NCBI GenBank assembly: GCA_965224085.1
Contig: CBDCYI010000011.1
Span: 448,001 to 512,000 of the forward strand
Source: Candidatus Marinacidobacterales bacterium
GTDB taxonomy: Bacteria; Acidobacteriota; Vicinamibacteria; Marinacidobacterales; SMYC01
Direction: 5' to 3'
Length of the DNA stretch: 64,000 nt
Shown: positions 41,734 through 53,990 of the stretch, piece after piece
Numbering within the stretch: the first letter of the stretch is position 1
Layout: each line of letters opens with the position of its first letter
Position numbers and translations under genes: made by a program
The notes under the pieces: model-generated
Databases searched by the model: none
What the model saw: only the letters and a program-made list of their open reading frames with translations
What the model was told of the DNA's origin: nothing

Positions 41734-44004
41734 CTACCGGCCGAGGTTGAATTGCTTCGTATATTTGACGATGAACTGGCGGCCCAACGGGCCTCTCTCG
41801 ATTCCCGTGCGCTCCAGACCACCTAGGTGCTCCAGGTCGTTGAATACGACGTAGAGCCCCGTTCCTGCAGTCGATAGCCAGCCGAAGCGAATGTTGGTGC
41901 CGAAGTCCTTTGTGTCGCTCACGTATTGGAGCGTGGCCTGGACGAAAACCCGCGGCGTGAATGAGTACGAGTTCTTGAGCGCTACAATCGAGGTGACGAA
42001 ATCGCCTTCTTTGAGGTTGACGTCGAAATAGCTGACACGCAGCGACGTAATGGACTTGTCGCGGTACCGATAGTTCACCGTGGTCTCGGTCCCGACCCGG
42101 CTTCCTGAATAGAACCCTCCCGCATCGATGGTGGTTTGAACCGATAGGGGAGCGCTCAGGTTCGTATTCGCTCTGAACTCCCAATCGACGTTGTCGTAGG
42201 TTCCGGGCGGGATCACGATCCCCTCGCGGATCTCGAAGAATTCTTTGAGCCCTTCGCCGGTGAAGTTCAAGCCGGGGAGCTGGAAGAACGCGCCGTTCGA
42301 GAACTCGAAATGGTTGTCGACGTGGACGACGTAGGTTTCGCTGAAGCCTTCGAGATCCCAGAATTGTCGCCAGGACATGTGGGGCCTCAGCTCTCTGAGC
42401 CAGCTCACGTCCGGAAAACGGTAGGCGCGCAGGACGCGTGCATTGATGTGGCGGTAATCTCGTCGGTTGACGAATCCAACTTCCGGGTTGAACTCGGCGC
42501 CGATCTCGCGATAGGTGGCGGACAGACGCCAGTCGCGCGCATCATATCGGGCACCCAAATTATAGCCATACTCTCCGCTATCGATACCAGGCGTCGTCGT
42601 CCCGGCCACCCAGCCGTTGAAGTTGACGGCCTCACCGATCCCGAGTCTGCCGTCAAAAGCGTAAGTTAAATTGTAGTCGTGCGTCTGGTCCGTATTGACG
42701 CGGGAGACAAAAATGCCGCCGAGGCGGGTGCGATTTTCGAACTCCTGGAAGAGCCGCACAACGCCGAAGTTGTTGGCCGGCTCGACCCGTACGTCCTCGC
42801 CGAGCCCGTCGTCAAAGAGATCCAGATGGCGTGCTTGAATGTTGAGAAACCCCACCTGCATACCGGCGATCTTTCCGGTGAGCCGCACGCCGGCGTCGAT
42901 CGGAACCTCTTCGCCGGAGGAAAGTCCGATCCGCCGGCTGAAGAAGAGCTCGGCCGAGCGGCCCGATCCCACGGAAAAAGTCCCGGCGTTCTCGAGGAAG
43001 AAAGCTCGTTTCTCCGGAAAGAACAAAGGGAAGCGAGTGAGGTTCACCTGTTGATCGTCGACTTCGACTTGCGCGAAGTCGGTATTGACGGTCAAGTCCA
43101 TGGTGAGACTTTGGTTCAGCCCGATCTTCGCCTCGCCTCCGATCGTGCCGTCCAACGCGGCCGACGTGTCGACGGCGTAGTCTCGGGATACGTCTCCGAG
43201 AACATATGGGGTAACCGTGAAAATCCTGTTGGCAGGCGCTTCGAAACCCGTAAGCGTTCCAGCGAGCGAGACTCGATACAAGTTGAAGTGCCGAGGGATC
43301 CCTGACCACACCGATTGCTCGTTCTGGTGTCGAATGTTGCGGGCGAAGTTCACGCCCCAGCTTTGCTCGCCGCCTTTCAGATAGCGAAGGGTCGAGAAGG
43401 GAATACGCAACTCGGCGTACCAGCCCTCATCGTCGATCGATGTGGCCACTTCCCAGGCGCCGTCCCAGTTGAGATTGAACCCACCGCCGGATCCGGCCTG
43501 CTGGCGACGACGGCCACCGCCGCCGCCCTGGCCATCTCGGGTCACTTGGCCGTCGTACTCGATGCCAACCGGAGTCGTGCCAAAAACGAATCCGTTCTGC
43601 CGGTCGAGATAAGTATCGAAAACGACGAGGAACGCGTCGGTATCGTCGAGCGGAGCATCGCGGCGGGTCTCTCCGACGACGATGGTGGACGGATCGTCGA
43701 CATACATCCACGCTCCGATGTAAAGCGCCTCCTCGTCATACACGAGCCGGATCTGGGTGCGCTCCGAGACCGGTTGCCCTTCCACGGGCTCACGCTGAAC
43801 GAAATTGCTCAGGATAGGCGCTCCGGCCCAGGCGTCGTCATCGAGACGTCCGTTGATGAGAGGCCCTTCGCGGACGAGGGCCGCGGAGCCTGCCGGAGCG
43901 CTCTGGCGTGGAGCACCTGCCGGATCCTGAGCTTGGGCGGCGGCTACGAAAAAGAACGCGGCGGCAAGGATTTCAATTTGGCGCAAGGGGACTCTCTGCA
44001 ACAT
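41734..44004 (-). CDS. DUF5916 / CBM9-like outer-membrane protein
   Basis: INGRLDDDAW, FDTYLDRQNG, ELRIPFSTLRY, NTDFAQVEVDDQQVNLTRFPLFFPEKRAFFLE. Confidence 0.85.
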   Translation of the reverse strand: MLQRVPLRQIEILAAAFFFVAAAQAQDPAGAPRQSAPAGSAALVREGPLINGRLDDDAWAGAPILSNFVQREPVEGQPVSERTQIRLVYDEEALYIGAWMYVDDPSTIVVGETRRDAPLDDTDAFLVVFDTYLDRQNGFVFGTTPVGIEYDGQVTRDGQGGGGGRRRQQAGSGGGFNLNWDGAWEVATSIDDEGWYAELRIPFSTLRYLKGGEQSWGVNFARNIRHQNEQSVWSGIPRHFNLYRVSLAGTLTGFEAPANRIFTVTPYVLGDVSRDYAVDTSAALDGTIGGEAKIGLNQSLTMDLTVNTDFAQVEVDDQQVNLTRFPLFFPEKRAFFLENAGTFSVGSGRSAELFFSRRIGLSSGEEVPIDAGVRLTGKIAGMQVGFLNIQARHLDLFDDGLGEDVRVEPANNFGVVRLFQEFENRTRLGGIFVSRVNTDQTHDYNLTYAFDGRLGIGEAVNFNGWVAGTTTPGIDSGEYGYNLGARYDARDWRLSATYREIGAEFNPEVGFVNRRDYRHINARVLRAYRFPDVSWLRELRPHMSWRQFWDLEGFSETYVVHVDNHFEFSNGAFFQLPGLNFTGEGLKEFFEIREGIVIPPGTYDNVDWEFRANTNLSAPLSVQTTIDAGGFYSGSRVGTETTVNYRYRDKSITSLRVSYFDVNLKEGDFVTSIVALKNSYSFTPRVFVQATLQYVSDTKDFGTNIRFGWLSTAGTGLYVVFNDLEHLGGLERTGIERGPLGRQFIVKYTKQFNLGR

Positions 44005-44168
44005 CGTCTTGGCGGACTACACAAGAGATCTATCGAACGACTAGCCGCCTCACGCCCACCAGTAGTCTATCACGGTTGCTGGCCCAACCGCACCGTACGA
44101 GTCGACGCGCCCGTGACCCTGAATGGCCCGTTCTATAGCGCGCAGTCCTTTTTATCCAGGCGGATCTT

Positions 44169-44343
44169 TTGCGTGACATCTACTACACGTTCAAGATCGT
44201 GATGCACGATCGACGGTCTATGCAATATGTCGGCGCAGCGATGTCTGGCATGAGCGAGGAGGCATTCAAACAAATCCTGTTGACGGGTGGCAAGAATCAG
44301 GAAGGAAATCCGCGTCGTGGCAAAAACGTCCTGGAGAGCAACG

Positions 44344-44351
<8 letters not shown>
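44169..44351 (+). pseudogene. ligA: Protocatechuate 4,5-dioxygenase alpha subunit C-terminal fragment
   Basis: IYYTFK..D..SM..AAMSGMSEE..LTGG..EGN; adjacent to the beta subunit. Confidence 0.55.
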
Positions 44352-45101
<750 letters not shown>

Positions 45102-45119
45102 TAATCTCGGCGGTGTTCT

Positions 45120-45854
45120 CGGTTTCCGCGGTTCTCTCCGGATGGATCCGAGATCGCTTTCAGCGACAACTACGACGGCAACACCGACGTCTACGTTGTC
45201 GCCACGACCGGCGGTGAGCCACGCCGGATCACGTATCACCCTCTCCCCGACCGTGTGCTCGACTGGACCCCGGGCGGGGCACGGCTGCTCTTCGCCTCAC
45301 GTCGCAAAAGTGGCTCACAGCGATTCAGTCAGCTCTACACTGTGGCTGCGGCTGGCGGGCTACCCGAGAAGCTCCCCGTTCCCTACGGGGAGTTTGGAGC
45401 GTTGTCCACCGACGGACGCTCGCTCGCCTTCACGCCTAAGAGCCGAGGCTTCCGCAATTGGAAGCGCTATCGCGGGGGTATGGCTCCGGAAATTTGGCTG
45501 ATCGATCTCGAAAGCCTCGACGCGCGCAACCTCACCAACAGCGACGCGAACGATGCCCAGCCGATGTGGCACGGCTCGACTCTGTACTACCTCTCCGACC
45601 GCGGCGCCGGCGAGCGCTCCAACATTTAGGCCCTGGACGTCGCGAGCAATGACACTGTTAATGATATGCGCCAGATCACGCAGTTCGCCGATTTCGATGT
45701 GACTTTCCCCGCTAGAGGGCCCAGCGATCTGGTTTGCCAGGCAGGGGGCCGACTCTACCGTATGCCGCTCGAGACGGAGACGCCCGAAGAAGTCGATGTC
45801 GACCTCGTGAACGTTGCCATTCCCACGAATGACCTCACGATTGTTCTCCCTTAA
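45120..45854 (+). pseudogene. Tricorn-like S41 protease N-terminal fragment
   Basis: RITYHP, WKRYRGGMAPEIW, YYLSDRG, RQITQF; internal stop. Confidence 0.7.
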
Positions 45855-45926
45855 TAATGTTGTTCACGACTCTCGAGTAACAGAGGTCTTGTATCATCTT
45901 TCGGTAGGCGGCACGAGCGAGCCGAA

Positions 45927-46169
45927 TTGGTTCCCGGCTACATGCCCATGGGAGAGACGGGGATGGCCGAGCATGCGAGCCATGCCGCACACATGAAATC
46001 TGTGCGCAATACGCTTCCGATGATGACCGGCGATGGACCCTTCGGTCCGATAGAAATGGGTAGCATGTTTACCGTCGTCAAGATCCGAGAGGGCATCACG
46101 TCTTACGAAGATCCCGGATGGTACGACCACCCGGAAGACACGGTAGCTTGGAAGCAGGCGCCGCCTTGA
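45927..46169 (+). pseudogene. Multicopper oxidase C-terminal fragment
   Basis: PGYMPMGETGM, NTLPMM.G.GPFGPIEMG.MFTVVKIRE, YEDPGWY. Confidence 0.7.
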
Positions 46170-46249
46170 TCCGCGCTACTTTTGATTAGGATGGACAAGG
46201 GCGGACGGGGACGAAACGTTTCCGCTGAAACGTTTGATACGAATGGCGC

Positions 46250-46686
46250 TCAGCGCTCTGTGCGCTCGACGTGTCCCCAATCGGAAACGATGGCCCAGCA
46301 CGCCTCTTTGACAGCATTGCCGAGGCTGCGAGTAGAGCCGCTCTCGATGGCGTCGCCGTCGGCGTTGAACACCGCGAATTTGTTGTCTTTCCGCAGGAAC
46401 TTGCCGCCCTCATGTTGGAGCACGAGGATGTAGTCGGCCCGCTCTTCTTTTCGCGTCACGATCAGTTTGGGACATCGGTCGTGGAGCGTCTTCACGATCT
46501 CGGCTGTCTGCGGCTTCGCTCCCCCGGTCACTGCGCCCACACCTTCGTCGAAAATATCGAATTCGCCCCCGACGGACCACGACTCGCTTTCGGGAACGAA
46601 CACGCGGGCGCGCCACTTATCTTTACGTTCGGCGCTCACTGCGCTCGCCACGAGGGTCGGCAGCGAGTAAGAAAACGGTCAGCATG
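46250..46686 (-). CDS. Hypothetical secreted protein
   Basis: Coherent ORF (PQTAEIVKT, STRSLGNAVKEAC); start region disrupted. Confidence 0.5.
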
Positions 46687-47022
46687 GTTAGTTTAGGCAT
46701 CGTTTGTTTCCTCCGCTGGCTACTTTGCAAAGGCCGTACCAGGCCCTTCGCGCTTCACCGCCGTCGAACCGTCCCGTTCGTCCTTTCCTGGGGACGAGGT
46801 CGCCCACGAATAAGGACGGACGCCGGGGTTCGCCGAGCTTCAAGCATCTCTCGAACGGGCGCGCCCAGGGCCATGCGAACCGCTCGAGCAGGTGAGATCG
46901 TGGGTGAAACAGTAGGTAAAACCGGGTAAAATTCGTCCACCGCAGAGCGGAAACCGGGAGAAGATGGCTGGTGTGCAAAGCCCGCGACGGTGTTACCCTT
47001 TGCACTCCAAGGAGGAGGAATC

Positions 47023-48411
47023 ATGGCGAACCACCAGACGCGCGTCTACGACGAGGTGTTGGAGATGCTCTCTGACGAAGAGAACCCCACGCCTCTGGTG
47101 CGGCTGAGGCGGGTCGTGCCCCTGGCGCAGGCCAAGGTCTACGCCAAGCTGGAGTGGTACAACCCATTCGGCTCCGTCAAGGACCGGATCGCGGCCAACA
47201 TGATCCGCGACGCCCGGGAGAAGGGGCTCCTGCGCGAAGGCCAGCAACTGGTCGAGCCGACCAGCGGGAACACGGGTATGGGTTTGGCGATGATGGCCAA
47301 CGCCCAGGGTTACCAACTGTCGACGCCCCTGTCCAAGTCCATACCGGCGGAGAAGCGAGTCATACTGCGCTTCTTCGGCTCGGCGGTCGAGGAGTTCGAA
47401 GACAGTCTCTGACCGGATCCACGGTCCCCGGAGGGGGCCATTGCGCGGGCCACGGAGTTGGCCGCTGGGCCCAAATTCCACATGCTCAACCAGTACGAGA
47501 ACGAGGCTAACGTCGAGGCCCACATCCACACGACCGGCCCCGAGATCTGGCGCCAAACGGAGGGCAGGATCACCCACTTCGTCGCCAGTCTGGGCACTTG
47601 CGGGACCATCACCGGCAACGGCGGCTTCCTGAAGGGCAAGAACCGGAACATCCAAGTCATCGGCGTGCACCCCGAGGAGGGCCACGACATCCCGGGAGTG
47701 CGCTCGATGCGTCAGCTGAAGCACACCAAGCTCTTCCGGCCGGACAAGTACGACACCCTCGTGGAGGTCAAAAACCGGGAGGCCTACGACATGTGCCTGC
47801 GTCTGGCCCGAGAGGAGAGCCTCATCGCCGGACCCAGCTCGGCCCTCGCTCTCGTCGGCGCCTTGAAGGTGATCGAGGACCAGCCGGACGCCGTGGTCGT
47901 CGTCATCTTCCCGGACAACGTTTTCAAGTACGCCTCCTCATTCGAGCGGCACTTCCCCGATGTCCGGGCTGCCCCCTCGGCCGACGCGCGCCCGGGCGAG
48001 CCCAGCCCGAAGGAGCAGATTCTAACTACGCTGGTGGAGAACTCGCGCAACCCCCACAACACATGGGAGGTGGGAGACTTGCGCGCGGCGCTCGAGGGTC
48101 GGGACGCGCGGCCCTTCCTCCTCGACGTGCGGTCAGCGGAGGTCTACGCGAAGCAGCACGTGGCAGGGGCGGTGAACATCCCCTTCGAGGAGTTGGGGGA
48201 GCGTCGGGACGAGCTGCCCGAGCAGCGTGAAAGCTCGATCGTCACGGTGTGCAACCGCGGCAACCTGTCGATCTCGGGGATGCTCTTTCTGCAGTCGCTC
48301 GGCTACCAGAACGTCCGGAGCCTTAACGGCGGGACGATCGCTTGGGCCGAGCAGGGGCTGCCGACCAACAGCAACAGTCAGCAGCCAGCCGTCTGCGATT
48401 CTAATGGTTAG
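47023..48411 (+). CDS. PLP-dependent cysteine synthase fused to rhodanese; in-frame TGA (codon 130) predicted selenocysteine
   Basis: RBS GGAGGAGG; NPFGSVKDR, EPTSGNTG, GTCGT, rhodanese CNRGNLS; both ORF-track halves share one frame across TGA 47410-47412. Confidence 0.8.
47423..47439 (+). promoter_or_regulatory. Putative bacterial SECIS hairpin
   Basis: GGTCCCC-GGA-GGGGGCC starting 10 nt after the in-frame TGA. Confidence 0.55.
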
Positions 48412-48461
48412 GATAGCGAGCCAGACCACCTCAACCCATTCAGGCCATTCAGGAGAAAGTC

Positions 48462-49337
48462 ATGTGTGATGAACGGACCGCAAAAGACGCCGAGGAATAC
48501 TTGCGCCGCAATGCAGTGACGCGCCGGGAGTTTGGTAAACGAGGCGCGGGCGCGGCGCTCGCCATGATGCTGCCGCCGGTCGCAAACGCGGTGGACGTTG
48601 TCGGGCAGGATGTCATGGTCGAAACACCGGACGGCATGGCCGACTGCTATTTCGTTCACCCTGCCAGTGGATCACACGCGGCGGTCATCGTCTGGCCTGA
48701 CATTGTCAGCATACGCCCGGCATTTCGCGCGATGGGTAAACGTCTGGCGGAGTCGGGATATTCGGTTCTGGTGGTCAATCCGTACTATCGAACGGTCAAG
48801 GGTGCTGTCGTCCCCGAGGGCAAGACGTTTCGCGATCCCGGGATTCGTGAATTGTTGATGCCGCATGCTCGGACATTGTCGCCGGAAACCTGTGTCCGTG
48901 ACGGGCGCGCCTTCGTCGAATATCTCGATAAGCAGCCATCCGTTGATACCAATCGCAAGATCGGGACGACAGGCTATTGCATGACTGGTTCTTACACGAT
49001 GCGGCTGGCTGCGGCGATTCCGGATCGCATTGGGGCTGGCGGATCCTTCCACGGCGGTGGCCTGGCGACGGACGAGGAAGACAGCCCGCATTTGCTCGCT
49101 TCGAAGATGAAAGCAGGTTTTTTGATCGCGATTGCTGCGAACGACGACGAACGCGATCCCGAAGCGAAAGTGCTTTTACGCGAAGCTTTTGACGCCAACG
49201 GCGTGTCAGCGGAGATCGAAGTCTACGAAGATACGCTTCACGGTTGGTGTCCGCCGGATTCAGCCGTTTACAACAAGGCACAGGCAGAGCGCGCGTGGAG
49301 CAGGTTGCTGGCTTTATTTGAGCGCGCGTTGTCGTAG
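48462..49337 (+). CDS. Dienelactone hydrolase family protein with Tat-like signal
   Basis: TRREF, GTTGYCM, SFHGG, HGWCPPDS. Confidence 0.88.
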   Translation: MCDERTAKDAEEYLRRNAVTRREFGKRGAGAALAMMLPPVANAVDVVGQDVMVETPDGMADCYFVHPASGSHAAVIVWPDIVSIRPAFRAMGKRLAESGYSVLVVNPYYRTVKGAVVPEGKTFRDPGIRELLMPHARTLSPETCVRDGRAFVEYLDKQPSVDTNRKIGTTGYCMTGSYTMRLAAAIPDRIGAGGSFHGGGLATDEEDSPHLLASKMKAGFLIAIAANDDERDPEAKVLLREAFDANGVSAEIEVYEDTLHGWCPPDSAVYNKAQAERAWSRLLALFERALS

Positions 49338-50059
49338 GGCTCTGACCACGCCGCGGAGCGCGAGCACCTTCTGTTACTTTGGGTAACACCTTGCCCGGGC
49401 GTATTTCCGATCACACGAGATGCACTCAAAGCTCGGCGAACGGGTTGCCGCAGGCGAACGAGTAGGGGTCGTAGTAGCGGACGTATCGAATCTCGCGGTT
49501 CTCGTGGGCGCCGTGATCGAACAAGTCGGTAAAGAGCAGGAAAGTGCTCGCCACGGAGCTCTCTAGCTTTTGAATCGATCCACCGGCAGGCGTTCGATAG
49601 AGAAGATCGGAGTGCCGGTAGATTGGCGCTGCATAGCCGAGCCACCGCAGCGCGACCTGGTCCTCCCGAAGCGCGCGTTTACATAGTCTCGAGCAAACAC
49701 AAGGAGCTCGTCCTCGGTGATGCGGATATAGGGAAGCTGTTTTCGAACGACGCCACGACCAGCTCCGTGGATGTGGTTCGGCGGTAGAGGAGGACTGCGA
49801 CGACAACCGCGAACGCAGAGATACACAGAATGACGAGGCTCCGACGGGAAAGCCGTCGATCCCCGTCGGTTGTGGAGGCAGCCTTCGACGTGTCGGAGCG
49901 CTTCATAGATGCCGCCCCACCCACAAAGAAATAGCCGACAAAGTCAATGTCGGGTTCGCCGGCGCTGTGGTCGGAAACGTACCGCTTCCGAGAACAACCA
50001 AGTTCCTACTGGAATGGTGCACGAGATGCCGGTCGATGATGCTCGACTCCGGGTCGTTT

Positions 50060-50263
50060 CCCATAGAAGTCATCACCGGTTACGAAGCCATATTTGATAT
50101 GAACATCTCCTGGAGGTTGGTCGAAATGCAAGAAACCAACGGGCGGAACGACCACCCGACCTTCGGAATAGAGAACGAAGCCGGTTTCGATCTCCCTGAT
50201 GAGTTGGGGAGAATCGATCATTCGCTTGATCTCGTCGAGTTTGAGTACTGTAGTCACCGGCAT
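50060..50263 (-). pseudogene. Ornithine cyclodeaminase family N-terminal fragment
   Basis: YSEGRVVVPPVG..PPGDVHIKYG. Confidence 0.65.
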
Positions 50264-50724
50264 GTCTCCTCGGCTGAAATGGCGGATTTATATGCGAATC
50301 GGAACCAGTCCGGGTGAAATAAAGTACAGGTAGCCCACGTCAGCGCACTTTGGTGGACAACTGGCTGTTTCGCCAGCGAAAACGGTGTCGTTCTCGAGCT
50401 CGAAGACCCACTCCTCTCCGAGCTCAGCATCGTCACTACCCGCCCCGGCATCTCTCTCTTGTTAGAATATTCGTGAGCCAGACGTCCGCTCATGGTCCAT
50501 GGCCAAACTTTTGACCAAAGAAATCGCCCTCGTTCCAGGTAGGACGTTGTTCTTCCATCGCGATGCGGTAGCCCACGCGCATCGCGGCACGTGAGAACCT
50601 CAATGTTGTCTCCCATTCGATCGGTTGAGACAGATCATCCGAAGGATGATGGTATTGAACGTTAAGAAATTCCTCCTGAACGGCGCGCCCGTCCCTCGGT
50701 GTTCAATGATTTGACTGAGCGATT

Positions 50725-51070
50725 CGGCTCGGACGCGACGTCGCGATCAAAGTCCTTCCTGAGGAGTTCGTGAAGGACGACGAACGATCCGCGAGATTCG
50801 AGCGGGAAGCCAAACTTCTCGCCGCGTCGACGAAGCACACAGCGTGCTCTAGCGTCTGGACGAGCTGGCCGAGACGCGATACGTCTCACCGATCCAGAGC
50901 GCGAACGTCTACGCGGGCCTCGGAGACTTGGACAGGTTCTTCGAGTGGATGGAGCGCGCGAACGAAGAGCGAGCGAGTTGCTGCTACGCGCGTGTTTTCG
51001 GTGGGGCGAGGATGTCGAACGAGACCCGCGATTCGCCGAGCTGCTGCGCCGCGTCGGACTCGAAGAATAG
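50725..51070 (+). pseudogene. Ser/Thr kinase collapsed to N- and C-terminal stubs
   Basis: RDVAIKVLPEEF..RFEREAKLLAA joined to YAGLGDLDRFFEWMERA..DPRFAELLRRVGL. Confidence 0.6.
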
Positions 51071-51158
51071 AGCCTGCTGTCCCCGCGGTCTTTCTGGGGT
51101 ACGGGGCCAAAGAGAGACTTGCCATCAAGCTATAATGATGGCGTGCTATAATAGTGGT

Positions 51159-51428
51159 ATGAATCAAATGACCACGACCGTTCGCCTTCCCGAGGATCTG
51201 TACGAAGCTTTGCGTAGACGTGCATTTGAAGAGCGGCGCCCAGTGGCCGAGCTCATCCGCGAGGCGCTGCGACGGTTTGTGGACCTGCCACGCGAACCCT
51301 CGCCCTTGCCAGAGCTCGAGTCAGACCCATTCTGGAAGGCGGTCGGTACTATCGATGGCGGGCCGAGTGACGAGTCGATCGAGCATGACCATTACCTGTA
51401 CGGTGCACCGAAGAAGGGCCGCCGGTGA
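51159..51428 (+). CDS. RHH antitoxin
   Basis: TTVRLPEDLYEALRRRA, AELIREAL, SIEHDHYLYG; upstream IR GCCATCA..TGATGGC (51121-51142). Confidence 0.8.
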   Translation: MNQMTTTVRLPEDLYEALRRRAFEERRPVAELIREALRRFVDLPREPSPLPELESDPFWKAVGTIDGGPSDESIEHDHYLYGAPKKGRR

Positions 51429-51823
51429 GAGTCTTCGTCGACACATCGGCTCTCGTCGCACTCGCTAACCCTTCGGACGGCATGCACGCTCCTGCAAAAA
51501 GCTGCTTGAGGGACCTGAACAAAGCTGACTTGATAACGAGCGACTATGTGCTCGACGAGATGTTGACTCGCTGGCTCACGACGGGCCGGGCGCGGCGCGG
51601 CTTCGAGTTTCTCGACGCCATCCTCGAGAGCCCGCGGTACACGCTTGCCTTCGTTGACCGCACGGTCTTCGACCTCGCGAGGCAGCGCGCCGAAGCTTAT
51701 CAAGAACACCGCCTATCGTTCACCGACTGCACCAACGTCGTCTTCGTTCAAGAGATGCGCCTCGACGGGATCTTCGCATTCGACGATGGCTTCTCGCGCG
51801 TCGGACAAAACGTCTTGCCTTAG
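51425..51823 (+). CDS. vapC: PIN-domain toxin
   Basis: VFVDTSA, VLDE, SFTDC, FAFDDGF. Confidence 0.9.
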   Translation: MRVFVDTSALVALANPSDGMHAPAKSCLRDLNKADLITSDYVLDEMLTRWLTTGRARRGFEFLDAILESPRYTLAFVDRTVFDLARQRAEAYQEHRLSFTDCTNVVFVQEMRLDGIFAFDDGFSRVGQNVLP

Positions 51824-51849
51824 AGTGGCTCTCCGAGCAGCGCAGGAAG

Positions 51850-52115
51850 GCGCAGGGCTGCCAGGAGCACAGCATCGTGAGCTCTGCACAAGCCAATCTT
51901 TCTACAAGAGTATGATCCGTCACTTTTTTCGAAGCCCGCGCTAGCGCTTTGCGTAGGAGATAGGTTTGCTGCCGTTGCGCGTGATTCAAGCGTCCCTCCA
52001 AGGTGTCTTGGTAATCACGGTTATACTCACGGCACTTCCGACGCCGGGCCTTCCCACTGCAAGCCTCGCCGCAGTAGCGTTGGCCGTGCTCGCACTTGCG
52101 GCAGACATAGAACAT
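51850..52115 (-). pseudogene. Cys-rich accessory ORF typical of some IS21-family elements, relic
   Basis: CRKCEHGQRYCGEAC..R..NRDYQ..GRLNHAQRQ; no istA/istB nearby. Confidence 0.45.
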
Positions 52116-52259
52116 TTCGCTACACCGATAGCCTCCACCGAGTTTCCTCTGACGGGGGCGAGTCGGAAATGCTGGACGGGCCCATGCGCGAAAAACGGGA
52201 GAAGAGCCTGAGGTTTCCTGATCCGCTTCCCGGTGGTAGGGCTGTGCTATTCACCATGG

Positions 52260-53450
52260 GCACCGCCGACATGGAAACGTGGGATGACGCGACGATCGCC
52301 GTACTCTCTCTCTCGAAAACGGCGAGATCCGCACGCTGATAGAAGGCGGGACGAACGCCCGCTACAGCTCAACGGGGCACATCGTCTACGCGCGAGGACA
52401 GCGCCTGCTTGCCGTGCCCTTCGATGCGAGCTCGCTCGACGTGACCGGCGCTCCGGTAGTCATTCTCGAGCCAGTAAGCACGCTGCCAACCGAGGGGCTC
52501 GCACAGTTTGCGTTATCTCCGGAAGGCACTCTTGTTTATGCGCCGGGGAACGCGTTGATGTCTACAGGCCGCGTCGTCCTAGTGAGCCGCCGGGGGGAGG
52601 CGGAGCCGCTCGTCGAGACGCCGAGGCCAATTGTGTGGGCGCGGATCGCCCCTGGAGCAGGGCAGTTGGCTATCGAGATAAGGGGAGCGAATCACAGCAT
52701 ATGGACCTACGACATGGCTCGCGGAGCGCTCACGCCGCTCATCTCCGGCTTCAACAACTTTCACCTCTTTGGTCCCCCGATCGTAACGGTTTGGCGTGGA
52801 GCTCTGACGCACGAGGCAAGCTCGATGTTTTTCTAATATCCGCGGATGGAAGCGGTGAGCGGCAACAGCTCACCCCGGTCGACGGCCCGGGGGCGCTCCT
52901 AGAATCATGGTTGCCGGACGGCCGCTTTCTTCTCTACTCGAGCAGAAAGACAGACGCGCCTATCGTGGTGTTGTCTCTCGGAGAGAACCGGACACCGCGC
53001 GTCTTCCTGGGTACGGCCGCCAATGAATCGAACCCGAGGTTCTCGCCGGACGGCGAATGGGTCGCCCACAATTCCGATGTGTCCGGCCGCTCAGAAGTCT
53101 ACCTGCGATCGTTTCGCGATCCCTATCTCAAGTACCAGGTCTCGACGGAGGGTGGCACCGATCCCGGTTAGAACCCGCGAGGCGGAGAGCTGTTTTACCG
53201 CGCCCGCGACAAAATGATGGTGGTCGATATCGGCCTGAACCGCACGCCCGAGTTAGGGCAGCCGCGGCTCCTTTTCGAAAAGCGCATGCGCTCATTGGGC
53301 CTATTCAACTATGACGTCATGCCGGACGGCAAGCGCTTCATCATGATCGACGACAGCGAAATGCTATCACTATCGCCCGTCCCGACAGAGCTCGTGTTCG
53401 TTCAGCGTGTTGCCGAAGAGCTGAAGCGGCTCGCTCCGACGTCGCTTTGA
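52260..53450 (+). pseudogene. TolB/PD40 C-terminal part of a Ser/Thr kinase, multiple frameshifts
   Basis: SPEGTLVY, PRFSPDGEWVA, QVSTEGG, YDVMPDGKRF, EELKRLAP. Confidence 0.7.
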
Positions 53451-53516
53451 TGGCGAGGAGATGCTGCTCGTGTTCGAGCAAGACCTCCTCAAGAAACCCG
53501 TCCTCTGTGCTTGGCT

Positions 53517-53990
53517 TTACTCTTTTGCTTCACGAAGCCAATATTCGCGGAAGGCCCGCAAACGCGGCAGTGATTCCCGGTCTTTCACTCGACCCGTCGC
53601 TGCCTTGCTTGCGATAATGTCGTCCAAATGACAAACGGGAAATCCCTCTACTTCGACATGACGTCGCCAAGCATCTTCGAATCGCTCGATACCGTCTGGG
53701 GCAAAAATCAGGTCCAAGTCAAAGGGGCCATTTTTCAGTTGCACAAAGTCCTTACCGCGTGAGACTTCCGCCGCTTGGTCCTCGCTTAGCAAGAATCCCA
53801 ATTCTCGCAGCGCCTCGACGACGGCCAAGCAGTTCTCAGGCGTACGTTCTACGAACAAGTCGGCATCCTGTGTTGTGTCTGGGAATCCCAACAGAATCGC
53901 GCCCGACTTACCAAGGAACAGATAGCGCACGCCTCGCCGCTGAAATATGTCCCGGATTTCCTCCGCCTGGCGATATTCAAACGCTGCCAT
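53517..53990 (-). CDS. Nucleotidyltransferase-like protein
   Basis: LGKSGAILLG..TTQDADL, DLIFAPDG, IIASKAATGRVKD. Confidence 0.7.
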   Translation of the reverse strand: MAAFEYRQAEEIRDIFQRRGVRYLFLGKSGAILLGFPDTTQDADLFVERTPENCLAVVEALRELGFLLSEDQAAEVSRGKDFVQLKNGPFDLDLIFAPDGIERFEDAWRRHVEVEGFPVCHLDDIIASKAATGRVKDRESLPRLRAFREYWLREAKE

